A stretch of DNA of 62,975 nucleotides, the filler included, from Kipferlia bialata (taxonomy: Eukaryota), in NCBI GenBank assembly GCA_003568945.1. It is 4 parts of 4 records of this genome, joined end to end, with 100 filler letters (N's around TTAATTAATTAA, not from the genome) between each part and the next. Parts side by side here need not be neighbours in the genome. Positions count along the whole stretch, not along the records: positions 19,377 to 31,212 come from BDIP01000434.1; positions 31,313 to 50,567 come from BDIP01000435.1; 2 more parts are not named here. One strand, written 5' to 3'. The notes beneath the pieces were generated by a model. That model saw only the letters and a program-made list of their open reading frames with translations, did not search any database and was not told where the DNA came from. Position numbers and translations under genes: made by a program. This document shows positions 24,892 to 36,381 of this stretch, one piece after another; the first letter of the stretch is position 1; each line of letters starts with the position of its first letter.

Positions 24892-27800
24892 ATGGCCATC
24901 AAGGGGAAGGTAGGGCTTGTCAAGGCCGTGATCAGCGGGACTGAGCTGGTTGTGACCAACCCCAAGTCGAAGGGGACCAGCGAGGAGGTCACCATAGGCT
25001 TTGCATACATCTCGGGCCCCTCTTGGAGGCGGGACCAGGGAGACCCATTCGCATGGGCCGCCAGGGAGTTCCTGAGGAAGCTGCTGATTGGCCAGGTATG
25101 GGTAGAGGTCTATATGTGCAGTTGCAGTGGTGTGTGTGGCTGAGTGTATCTCTACACTGACTCACCCGTAGCTTGTCAGGTTCAAGCCTGTCTTCACCGG
25201 CCCCTCTGGGCGCCAGTTCTGCCAGGTTGAGATGAAGGGCAACGTGGACGTGGGTCTGGAGCTTGTCAAGAAGGGGTATGCCACTGTGAGGGAGAATGCC
25301 GCCGAGGAGGCCAGTGCCTATGTCACGGCCATGTCTGAGGCAGTCGCTGCCAAGGTGAGGGGGGGGTAGGGGTAGTCGACAGTGTGTATATGCATGGATG
25401 TGTCCAGTGATGGGGTTTGTCTAGTTGTATGTGACCCAGAGTGTGTGTTGCTGTACACTCTCCTCCTCTCCTCACTGTCAGGTTGGCATCCACGGGTCCC
25501 CCGACAGCCCCGAGGCCACCAACCCCCCCATCATATCCGACTATGACACAGACGTGCTCAGCGAGAACCTGCAGGGTGAGTCCCAATGTGATATGAATGG
25601 ACCAATACTATTTGCCGCAGGTCAATGGTCATCTCGGTGGCTCCACGCCTCCCCCCTCCCCCCCCTCTCTCACTACCCCCCTATTCACCCCCCTCATACT
25701 CACCCGTAGGCAAGAGGGTCAAGGCCCTCGTGGAGTATGTCAGAGACGGTAGCTTCTGGTACCTGATTCTGTTCCCCTCCCACATCCGTATCCCCTTCCA
25801 GCCAGCCGGCATCAAGTGCCCCAGGTACCCTAGTGGATGTATATCATGTGACTATCTCCTGTGACAATATATATATATGGGTGTATATATCCCCCCTCAC
25901 CCCCAGGTGGGTTGTGGGTGACTCCGGCTCCGATGCCTCCGCTGCCCAGACCAGGACAGCTGAGCCGGGTGCCATCCAGGCTAAGTGGGCCGTGGAGTCC
26001 AGACTGCTCCACAGGACAGTCACAGTCACCATTCTGGGTATGTCTATATATATTGTGTATACTGGGTGGGTGTATGTAGTAAATACTGTGCCACATGACA
26101 GTCAGAGTCACTATCCTGGGTGGGTGTGGTTTGTTACTCATGCTCTGGCAGTGTACTCGCCCTATATATGCAACGTCAAAGACTGTATTCCAAAGAGAGA
26201 TGCCTGATTAATGTATGCATCTTGTAATCCCTCACTGCCAGGCCGTGACAACATCGGTGTGTTTGTGGGTGATGTGCGCACTGCCGCTGGGGGTGACATT
26301 GCCAAGCTGCTAGTCACTGAGGGCCTGGCCAGGCTCATGCCCTGGTCCCTGTCCCTGTGTGGCGAGGGGTCGGCTCTCAGGTATGGAGATGGATGGGGGT
26401 GTCATCTATAGTGTGCATCTCTCTCTCTCTTACTCTAGGACAGCCCAGGCCGGTGCCCAGGAGAAGAGGCGCGGCATCTGGAAGGACTGGAAGCCAGAGC
26501 CCATCAAGCAGGTGGGGGGGGGATAGAGTATGCGTACTCAGTATGTATGGAATGTATTCTGTGGACCCTGCCATTCCTGTCTGTCCCTCACCCCAGGGCG
26601 TTGGCAATGCCTTCTCCGGCACTGTGTGTGAGGTGCACTCCGGTGACACCCTGTCTGTCAAGAAGGAGGACGGCACCATCGTCAGGGTGTGGCTGTCCAG
26701 CGTCAGGGCACCCAGACTCGCACCCAGGTATCAGATAGTGGGGACAGTGTCCTATGTGTATTTGGATATTCATGTATGTCCCTTCTGACCTGATCAGGAT
26801 GGGCTAGGCTAGTATCTTTCCACACTCCCTCTTTCTCTCCCTCTCTCTCTCTCCCCCTTCTACCTGATGCATATTTATGTATATACCCATCCTCACCTTC
26901 TCAGGATGGACTGGGCCAAGGCCGAGCCCTGGGCCGTGGAGTCCTGGGACTGGCTCAGGAAGAAGACCATCGGCAAGGCCTGCAACGTGACAGTGGACTA
27001 TATCGTCGACAGCACTCAGGTGGGGTGTGTAGGGGTGTATGTATGTCTATAGTCGACCTTGTGCTCTGCCTCGTGATCCTGCTCACCCCCTCAGGCCCAG
27101 ATGCCGGACAGGTACTTTGTGACCCTGGTGTGTGGCAAGAACAACGTGGCCCTGCTGGCTGTCAAGGAGGGATACTGCACTGTGGGAAGGTATGTGTGAC
27201 ATACTTCACTAATAAACCTCACCCCACTACCTTACCCCCCCTCACCCTCCAGGCACCGTGCCGATGACATGCAGAGGTCCCCAGTCTACGACCAGCTGGT
27301 GGCAGCTGAGGTGCGTGCCAAGGACATCAAGAAGGGCATGCACAAGGAGACCGAGGCCCCCATCCACCACATCAACAACCTGGCCCAGGCCAAGAACACA
27401 GCCAGGAGCCACGAGATACTCAGGATGGTCAAGGACAAGCCCTCTCTCTCCGGCATTGTCATGGGTGCCTCATCTGGACACAGGGTGACTGTGCTGATCC
27501 AGAAGCCCATCCACGCCCATGTAGCCGTTGTCATCCAGGGCGTGCAGTCCCCCTCGGTCAGGGAGAAGGAGCCCCTGGCCAGAGAGGCCACCCAGTTCAC
27601 AAGGGCCCTGCTCATGAACAGGTGGGGAGGGGGGTGGATATATATATATGGGTGTGTCCTCAGTCTATAGTATTCCTAACCCCCAGGCAGGTCCAGGTGA
27701 CCCTCAACAGCACCGACAAGTGGGGCTCCTTCCTGGGCTCAGTGGAGTACCAGAAGAAGGACCTCGGCATGACCCTGCTCGAGTCAGGTACATAGATATT

Positions 27801-28963
27801 CGTATACCCCTCTCTGTTTAACCCCATATTACCACGTCCCTTCTCCTCCCTCTCTCCCCCCCTCACCCCCAGGCATGGGCACCATCTCCCACCGCAACCC
27901 CCCCCAGCAGATGGTGTGGGCCCAGCAGAAGGCCAAGGAGGCCAGGCTGGGCATCTGGAACATTGCAACGGAGCTGGCCGTAGACACCTCCGTCATTGGC
28001 ACATGCGACAAGCCCCAGATTGTGGAGGGCGAGATATCCTCCCTGGACCGTGCCTCCAGGGGCAGGAATGACGACCCCCTCCTCTTCCTGTTCAGACTGG
28101 CAGGCCCCATGCCCAGGGTGACACCCGCAGTGTGTGCCACGCTGGCCACAGTGACAGAGGACACAGTCTACAAGGGCATGTTTGTGGCTGTCCCCCTGGC
28201 CCAGAGTGTCGATTACACCAGGGGCAGGGTGCTGTCCATCAGCAGTGACAACGAGTCGTGCCGGGTGCAGCTCATCGACCAGGGCCCCACCAAGGTGTAC
28301 GGACTGAGGGAGCTGCTGGGACCCCTCCCCTCCGACCTTGCCCACATCCCTCCTCACGTGTACATGGGGCGTCTGGCTGAGATTGCCATCCCCGACAGTG
28401 CCAGGGGTGCCTTTGACGACACCTTCGACGAGGCCTGCAAGTCCAAGATGACGGTGCTGTCCTTCGGTTTCATCGACCAGGCCCAGACCACGCTGGCATG
28501 CTTCCTCTACAACAACAGGTATATTCATTTGCATACGTGGTATGTAGCTGTATGTTGACTCCATCAACCCCATCCCCTCTCACCCCCCAGGCGTGATGCC
28601 GAGAGGTATTCCACCAACAGCTACAATTCCTTCCTGGTGTCTGACGGCATAGCCTGTGTGCTGCCTGTCAAGAGAAGGCCCGCCATGCCCATCACGGATA
28701 GGTGGGTGGATTATGTACCTACCTTCCCATCAGTGATACTGATACCCCTCACCCTCAGGATCCAGACCCTGCGCAGGGGCATGACCAAGGTGGAGGACCA
28801 GGCTCACCAGGTAACGGGGATGTATAGTTATGGGTGTGGGTGTGTATATATGACATGTATACTGGTACAGACGTGTGTGAATACCCCCCCTGACCCCCAG
28901 GACAGGAAGGGTATCTGGATGCACGGATACGGAGGCATTGAGTCCGACGAGGAGGACTACTAG
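24892..28963 (+). CDS. SND1: Tudor staphylococcal nuclease (Tudor-SN/p100), about 16 exons
   Basis: MAIKGKVGLVKAVISG..DPFAWAAREFLRKLLIGQ (SN1); VEYVRDGS (SN2); VCEVHSGDTL..LSSVRAPR..EPWAVESWDWLRKKTIGK (SN3); EPLAREATQFTRALLMNR (SN4); Tudor region; ends RKGIWMHGYGGIESDEEDY* at 28963. Confidence 0.95.
25470..28900 (+). promoter_or_regulatory. Fused branch point/3' splice site consensus CTNAC-N2-5-YAG in nearly all introns
   Basis: ctcactgtcag, ctcacccgtag, ctcacccccag, ctcactgccag, cttactctag, ctaacccccag and ctgacccccag at SND1 acceptors; resembles the fused BP-AG of Giardia and Trichomonas. Confidence 0.85.
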
Positions 28964-29167
28964 ACAGGACACCGTGTACACAGGGTCTGAGGGGTATATG
29001 CATCGGAACCAGTGATGCTACGACAGGCACCTGCAGCTGTGAGTCTCCCAAGGTGGCTCATCAGGGCACCAGTCGCATCTACATAGATCTAGTAACAAGA
29101 ATAGACTTTCGTCAAGATTACACTACGTTACATTCGTTGTATCTGTCGTTAATGAGGCGTTTGGTGT

Positions 29168-30564
29168 CTATTCTCCTTGGCCTTTGTGCCATGATATACT
29201 GTCATTGATATCCTGAGTGTGGATTTCACTTCTATACCCATCTGCAACCGCAGCCAGACTGAGCCACCCCCCACCCCCATCTGGACCCATATCCAGACAG
29301 GCACTGGGTGTCACTAGCAGTGTCTGGGGGACCCCCTTCCTAGGGTACAGGAAGCACAGATGGGATGGGGCAGAGACAGGGGCCATGGCACAGGCCGTGC
29401 CTATCTCAGGCACAGTGCACACAATGCACTCAGAAGAGACTGTGTCATACACCGCCACATTGGCATTGGCCTTGCCCAGATGCATGGTGCACCGGATGAT
29501 GTATCTGCCGTGGGTCTGGGGTCAGAGGGGGTCAAGGCGTAGACGGCTGTGGTATCCAAGTGTCTATCAGGGTGTAATGGACATACCAGTGTGGGCCCTG
29601 ACTGTCCAAAGATAGAGCGGACAGGGCTCTGTTGCCCTAGAGAGGCAGAGAGAGAGAATGTGAGGTGGTATTCCACGTATGTGTTGGGGTGGGACATCAT
29701 GTGGATGGTGTCTCCCATGGGAGTGGCAGCCCAGAAGGAGCTGGGGTGAGGGGATGGTGAAGAGAAACGAGAGAGACTGCTAATAAACACGCACCCTGTG
29801 TTTATGATGGGAGTGGGTATGGCGGGCGGGGGTGCCCTCTCCCACGTGTCAGTGTCAGGATCATACAGCACACACCCTCTGATATGCCCTGTGTGACTGT
29901 ACCCCCCTATCACAACCAGCCTCCCATCCAGGCACTCCCCTATGTGACCATATCTGGCCTGACTCAGCACCCTGCCGTGCTCCCTCCTCAGCACAGCATC
30001 TGGGAGGTCTGTCCTGCTCTGCCACTCCAGTGTATCCACAGACAGTATGTGCATGGCATTGGTCACAACCTGGGGGGGGGGGGATCGAGTAAGAGAGAGA
30101 GTTATGGAAGGGGGGTCTCTACATCAGTCACCAACCTCGTTAGCCTTCCCCCCAAACACATAGACATGTCCATGGATCCTGGTCACACTGAAGCGATGCA
30201 ACCCGGCAGGAAGGGGACTCTCCAGCCGAGTGGCTGTGAATCGGACCATCGTCTCCTCTCTCTCCCCTCCACCCCATGAATATGAGTCTCCTCCCCCCAC
30301 TCTCTCCACCACAAACACTGCCGGTCTCCTCTCGTCTATGTGTGTCTCGTCCCCCAACTGGGCTATGACTAGGGCACGGCCAGTGTCTAGTCCTACACAG
30401 GTGTGGAACCGTCTGACCCTCACACCTTCCGGCCACTCTACTGCACATGCCTTGGTACAGAGGGGGGAGGGGGAGGGGGCAGGTGGCATCAACAGGGGAT
30501 GGACAGACAGAGAGACGGCAGGGCTATTACTGAGTACTGTCTCCTGTAGAGAGCCCTGAGTCAT
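29168..30564 (-). CDS. Kelch-repeat beta-propeller protein, 3 exons
   Basis: HVYVFGG, ARYGHIGECLDGRLVVIGG, YDPDTDTWE Kelch motifs; introns at about 30070-30134 and 29516-29586 restore the frame through to TAG at 29168. Confidence 0.85.
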
Positions 30565-30993
30565 CAGGGGACTTCACAGAATGTGAAAGGGTTCAGCTTG
30601 TCACAAAGGCTAGAGACCACGTATCAACACCAACTCGTCCACTACCACAAAAACCAATACTCTATTGTTATTGGTATCAGTTCAAAGAGCTGAGTGTCCC
30701 ATATACATACCAGGGCAAAGAATAATGAATGCCCCGGGAAGACCAATCAGTGGGCCAAGTATATACAACCCACTCATCATCAGGTCACAATGGATAAGGC
30801 CTGAGTCACACACACTCACTGTCAGACAGAAAGTCAAATGGAATGAAGGAGTGAACGTGTAAGGGAACGGTAAAACTGGATACAGTCCCAGACGAATAGA
30901 CTGAGAAATGTCTCATGACCCACTCCTGCTCTACAGGCTGGACATCACCAGACAGCACATAGGACTGGGAAGGGGAGGACGGGTAGTGGTGCC

Positions 30994-31162
30994 TCACTGC
31001 TTGTGCCTCACCCCCATCTTGTCATCGGAGATGCCCTCCCACCTGGGGGTCAGGGTTATATGTGTATATATATATATACATATAACCCTACTACTGTGTG
31101 CCGCACCTCTTCATGAACCTTGCCAGCCATGTCTGGTATGCAGCCTGGTCGTGGTCACGCTC
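30994..31162 (-). CDS. Last two exons of an unidentified gene truncated by the contig end
   Basis: ERDHDQAAYQTWLARFMKR|WEGISDDKMGVRHKQ* with canonical splice sites. Confidence 0.55.
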
Positions 31163-31212
31163 CTGGGGGTGGGGGGGGGGGGGGGGGGGACAAAACCCCC
31201 CCCCCTTTTGTC

Positions 31213-31312
31213 NNNNNNNNNNNNNNNNNNNNNNNNNNNNNNNNNNNNNNNNNNNNTTAATTAATTAANNNNNNNNNNNNNNNNNNNNNNNNNNNNNNNN
31301 NNNNNNNNNNNN
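31213..31312. other. Artificial contig linker
   Basis: 100 nt N/TTAATTAATTAA/N. Confidence 0.97.
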
Positions 31313-31800
31313 CTAAGGGAGGCGTTCTGGAAGTACTCTCCCTCAATCACTGCTGGGGGTGAGGAATAGAGTGGCAATGATTACTCGACATATCGGTGCA
31401 TACTATGCTCTAGCATGCCGCCAATGAGAGAGAATACGCCATATAGACATACTACATATGGACTGAGGGTACAAATGCAGAGATGAAGTGTTTGATACTA
31501 TGTCGGAAGGGGTCAGAAACAGAGTAAGATGCAGTGTATTTGTAATTCGACATTGCATTGATTGCAGCCTAGGCTCAACACCCTACCCCACCTATTACTG
31601 CCGCGCCCTGTCTCTTGCGCCATGCCTGTCCCTTGTGCCGAGTCACCGGGGCCTCCCATCTGCGCCGGGTAGGTACCCTCAGCCTCACAGGGCGGGTGCG
31701 CGGGGAGGGGTTGGTGCTCATTCTGTCTGCCCCCTCTTCTCCTTAATGCACTGGATACACAGCTACGGCGCTATATGTGTTCAAGGGTCCCTAAGACAGC
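31313..31800 (-). CDS. Possible exons of an unidentified gene running off the contig end
   Basis: An open exon ending ..RQGAAVI|G joins in phase to AVIEGEYFQNASL after a ctcacccccag acceptor; no recognisable domain. Confidence 0.3.
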
Positions 31801-32487
31801 TCTGAAGGAACAGGAAGAGAGCAGAGTTGATATCAATCCATTACAAAAACACTTGAGGGTGTTGTACATGAGGTATGTCTCCCTTATGCGACACACTGGA
31901 TATGCCGAATCAAGACGGGCATCAGGAGGAAGATGAACACACTAGTTCTATTTATGAGGCTTAAATCTCCTATTTGAGAATGATGTGGTCGATGAATCTA
32001 CTCAGGATCATCGGATCATGTGTATCAAGACATGGTGTCTTGTGTTATGTACATACTATATCTATATGGATATACTATACTCATACAGCACACGTGCTAT
32101 TGCTATATACCATGTGTGTCTCTAGCAGTGACGTAGTGCCCTGGAAGAGCTGTATAATCACAGTAGCCGCGACTTGGTATTTGTTTCGGGAAGGCTACTC
32201 ACATTGTGAGTCACAACTTAATAGCCTGCCGGAGTAAAGATTCAAAGAGAGTAGCTTCATCGGAGACTTCAATGTGGGGTTCTCTACTTGTCAGTCAGCT
32301 GCAGTGAATGGACCAGAGTAGTGAATCTACCCTCTGATCCCAGTCTAATGCAGTGTGACTCAACTTTTCAGAAGACCATTACTGTCGTCGATGTCTCTCC
32401 ATCAATCTTCCTATTCCACTCCCTAATCGACTCCAAGTCTCCTGTTACACATTACATATCTAACTGCTGATATCATACACAACAATA

Positions 32488-35400
32488 TCACTGCGAGAAC
32501 CCACATGCGAGCCCCGTGTCCGTGTCCCTGACGACCATGCCCCTGCCTAGGTGTCTCTGACCCTTGACCAAGGGGAGAGAGAGCATCCCCCGCACCACTG
32601 CCTCTGTGCCGTAGAAGGGGTGGGCACACACTGCATCTACAGTGACACCATGCCCCAGACACAGCACTACCTGGCTGTCTATCAGCATGGCAGGGGGTCT
32701 GGGGGCAGAGGGGGCAGGCCTCTCCAGACAGAAGGAGTACACTCTACACTCTGAACCACAGGGTACGGTAGATAGACCATCCACATCGATGGGGAAAACC
32801 CATGGACCCTCGACACCCTCCTTGACCGGGTGGTAGGGCGTGATCCTCAACCCATCTGGGAGCACCACAAGGGTCTGGGTGTCTGAGCACTCGGTGGCCA
32901 GGACGTGCTCGACCTGTGGTAAGGGGGTGACCGTGGGTACATGTACTGTATACACTAGGGCCTGACGAGAACTACACGACGTTCACACCAACCTTAGCCG
33001 TCCCTCCCCCAGGCACCATGACCTCTGTCCCAGCCACCACCTCTTGTGCCATGCAGACAGACCCATTGCCTAGGGTCACCCTAGACTCCTGGTGCACACA
33101 CGGACCGTCACTGGGGTGGGTACTACTCACTAACAACGTCTAATATAACACCGCATGTCAACATGCCGATCATCACCTACAGTTGAAGTCTGACGGTCTG
33201 ATGTATGCGGGTCTGGACTGGGTCGCCGATGAAGACGCCGCAGTGCAGTCATAACAATTGTCCGAATCATCTGACTCCTCATCGTATCTTGTCACCCTGG
33301 GCTTGGGTGGTGGCATCGTGTTGAAGGTAAGGTTGTGGTCCTTAACAAGACCCCTAAAGAGACTGCCACCGTATGACGCCAGGGATCCGTCCTTGTGGTT
33401 GTTGCATACCTGAGAGGGAGAGGCATATTGTATACTTAGTGGTGTATCTATACCGACAATAGACAACAGTGAAGTATTGATGGTGTAATAGCCACGATAA
33501 CGACCCAGGGTATACACCTGTCATACTGGTGCTGTATGACATCCCCCTTCCTACCTCCCTCTGGTGACTGAGGCATATGGACAACAAGTAGTGCAGGCCC
33601 CACTTGTATAGGTACTGTCCTGTGAATGCCATGGCCATCTGACTAGACCAGTCCTCATAGAGCTTGGATAGCCAAACAGAGGGTCCAGACTCCTCAGCCT
33701 CGGATGGAGTGGCCTCTGCGATAGATGCCAATGCAGCCACAATGTCTGTGACCTCCTCTGGCACCCCTGCAGTGACGAATGGGGCAGACATGGTCTCAAG
33801 GACGGTGGTGCTAAGGGTGTGACGGATGTAGTGCCACAGGTGGGATGGAGAGGGAGACACAGGAGTAGAGGGAGGCTTGTCAGTAGAGGGGGTGCACGGA
33901 ACCGTGATGACTGGGGGTGAGACGTTAGAGACCTCACAGTATATATACAAGGTCATTTACGCCACACCATATGTACACAACAACCTTTATATATCACACA
34001 CATCCACATAGACATATATACACATTCACTCAACCTGTGGCTGGCTCACAGGGCAGTCTGTACTTCAGGCACATGCCCTCCCCAATGGCCACAGGCATCG
34101 ATCTCTCCTGCCCACACAGGACAGGGCCTAGCATGAGGTCACCTCCCTCGCACCCACAAAGAGTCACATCGGTGGCAACGGTGCAGAGGGCAGCTAGGGG
34201 TAAGTGATGGTCCTACAACAACACATATTCACATACAAATATCGCCACACCTGCCGCTGCATGGACAAAGGCAGTGCCCACGAATGAGCTGTCTGGGATG
34301 TATGTGTACTGCCCTGACCCCCTTACGGCAAGGTCGGTGAGGAGGCTGGAGTCTACGCTGTAGAACCCAAAGGCAAAGGTGTCTATGCGGTAGCCCTGAG
34401 GTAGGTAACAACAATGAGATGTTGTATATATATATGGTTACATATAGTAGGGTACTCTCCCACACATCCACACCCACACACCCACACCTTGCTCTCTGGG
34501 TGTGTGTCGTGGTACTCTGTCAGCACATCATCTGCGGCGTCATCCTCATTGGGCTCCCCATCGGTCAGGACACATATCTGTCTGGGGTCAGCCGTACACT
34601 AGGGCGTGTGTGGAGAGCATGTCTCACAAGTTTGTATCCACCCACCTGACCACATCCCTTGGCCCTTTGAGACAGAGGTCAAGGGCTGCCTTCAGTCCAT
34701 CCCCCAGGGCAGTCGTCCCATAGGTGTCGAGGGTCTCTGGAGAGTGAGGAAGAGGGGATAGGCACTCGTGTATACAATCAAATGCCTTTCTTCCTATACT
34801 CTTGAATATCCATTGCTGTATTTGTTGTCACATAGACTACAATATCCCATCTCACGGCAATCCTAACTACACTGGGAGAGGTATCACGACATGTAATGGA
34901 AGGGGGCCGTACCTATCATCTCTGTTGCCTTCTCCCTCCCCTCCTTGGTAGCCCTGGTTGGTGTCAGTGCTACAGTCACCCGTGTGCCAAAACCAACGAC
35001 AGAAACGTAGTCTAGTGGGTCAGAGAGGGAAGTTCCATACTATACACTATTCATACACTTAACATATACTATATAACCACCGTACCATCCTCCCCGAGGA
35101 AGTGGGTATACGCCTTGGCACCAAGCTTCACAATGTCGAGAAGGTTGTTGGAAAACTCCTGGGGTTAAGAATAGAATCGAAATAGGAATAGCACTGCTGG
35201 AGAGCTTATTGAATACATGGACGCTTGTCATGAGTTAGTATGTCACAGAGGATGAGAGAGAAACACCATAATACTATCTCAGAGATGTGTACTTATACAA
35301 GGAGGCCACACTTCCCTCAATAATAGTCCGTATAGTGATCACAATCTACGTGTAAGGTATCCAATTCCACAGTAATACCCACATGAATTAGCTCACCCCA

Positions 35401-35696
35401 CCTCCATCTCGTTGTTGGCGTTTCTCTTGCTGGCCCTGTCACTCATGCTGCCTAGGGGTGAGGGCTGGAGTGCATATATACTCACATATTGTAAGATATC
35501 TCATACACACATATGTACCACTCCTCCACCTGATGTGTCCAGCAGTAACACACAGTGCACAGGCTGTCTGGTCTGGGGGTGAGGGAGAGATAGGGGGAAG
35601 AGTCTGGCGGGGGGGGGGGGGGGGAGAGGGGGGGAGAGAGAGAGAGAGAGAGAGAGAAGGAGAGAGAAAGAACACACTACATACCTCCACTTTCAT
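32488..35696 (-). CDS. vWA - Vwaint - Vint (Hint/intein-like autoprocessing) protein
   Basis: MKVE|TRQPVHCVLLLDTSG|SM (MIDAS DxSxS), GTTALGDGL, TFGF..YTYIPDSSFVGTAFVHA (vWA); KWGLHYLLS..H.REVCNNHKD..YGGSLF..PPPKP (Vwaint); DGPCVHQESRVTL, LRITPYHPV, VYSFCL, LGHG..HPFYGT (Vint). Confidence 0.92.
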
Positions 35697-36381
35697 TTCA
35701 CACTCAATTCATACCTTCTCTCCCTCCAACCTCTCTCTCCCTACTCCTCGCCGTAACATTCTCCCTCTTACATCAGATCGATGTGAGGGTGAGAGGGAGA
35801 GCGAGAGCGAGAGCGAGAGTGAGAGTGGGTCTGAGTCCTATGAGAGTGTGGAGGATGGAAACAGCAGTGACACTATGGTATGTATATTGGTAGCTCATGT
35901 ACTAGTTCCCTGGAATCAAATGCCTACATTAGGCAGGTATCTGTATCTCTGGTGGTCTGCCGCCCTTCTCTCTCGTGTGTCCCTGTACCTCCTCTCTCTC
36001 TCTCTCTCTCTCGTGTCTGCCTTCCACTTCATTCCCGAGTGTGCCGCGATATTTGGCTCTCTCTTTCCTCCCCCTCCCCCTTCTCTTCTCTCTCCTCCAT
36101 ACATATATACATATATATATACATATACACATATATACATACATATGTTCAGAACATGGCCCATTATTATGATTCAGGTGTCCTCTTCCACTCTATCTCA
36201 GTGGGTAAACGTATCTATATATATGTGTGTGTGTGTGTGTGTGTGCATTTATGTGTATTTCTTCTCTCTTCCTCCCCTTCCACTCATGCACAACTATACT
36301 TATCTCTCTGTATATATGGGTATATATATATACATGTATACACACGTGAACTCTTCTCTCTCCCCTTCCACTCATGTTTAG

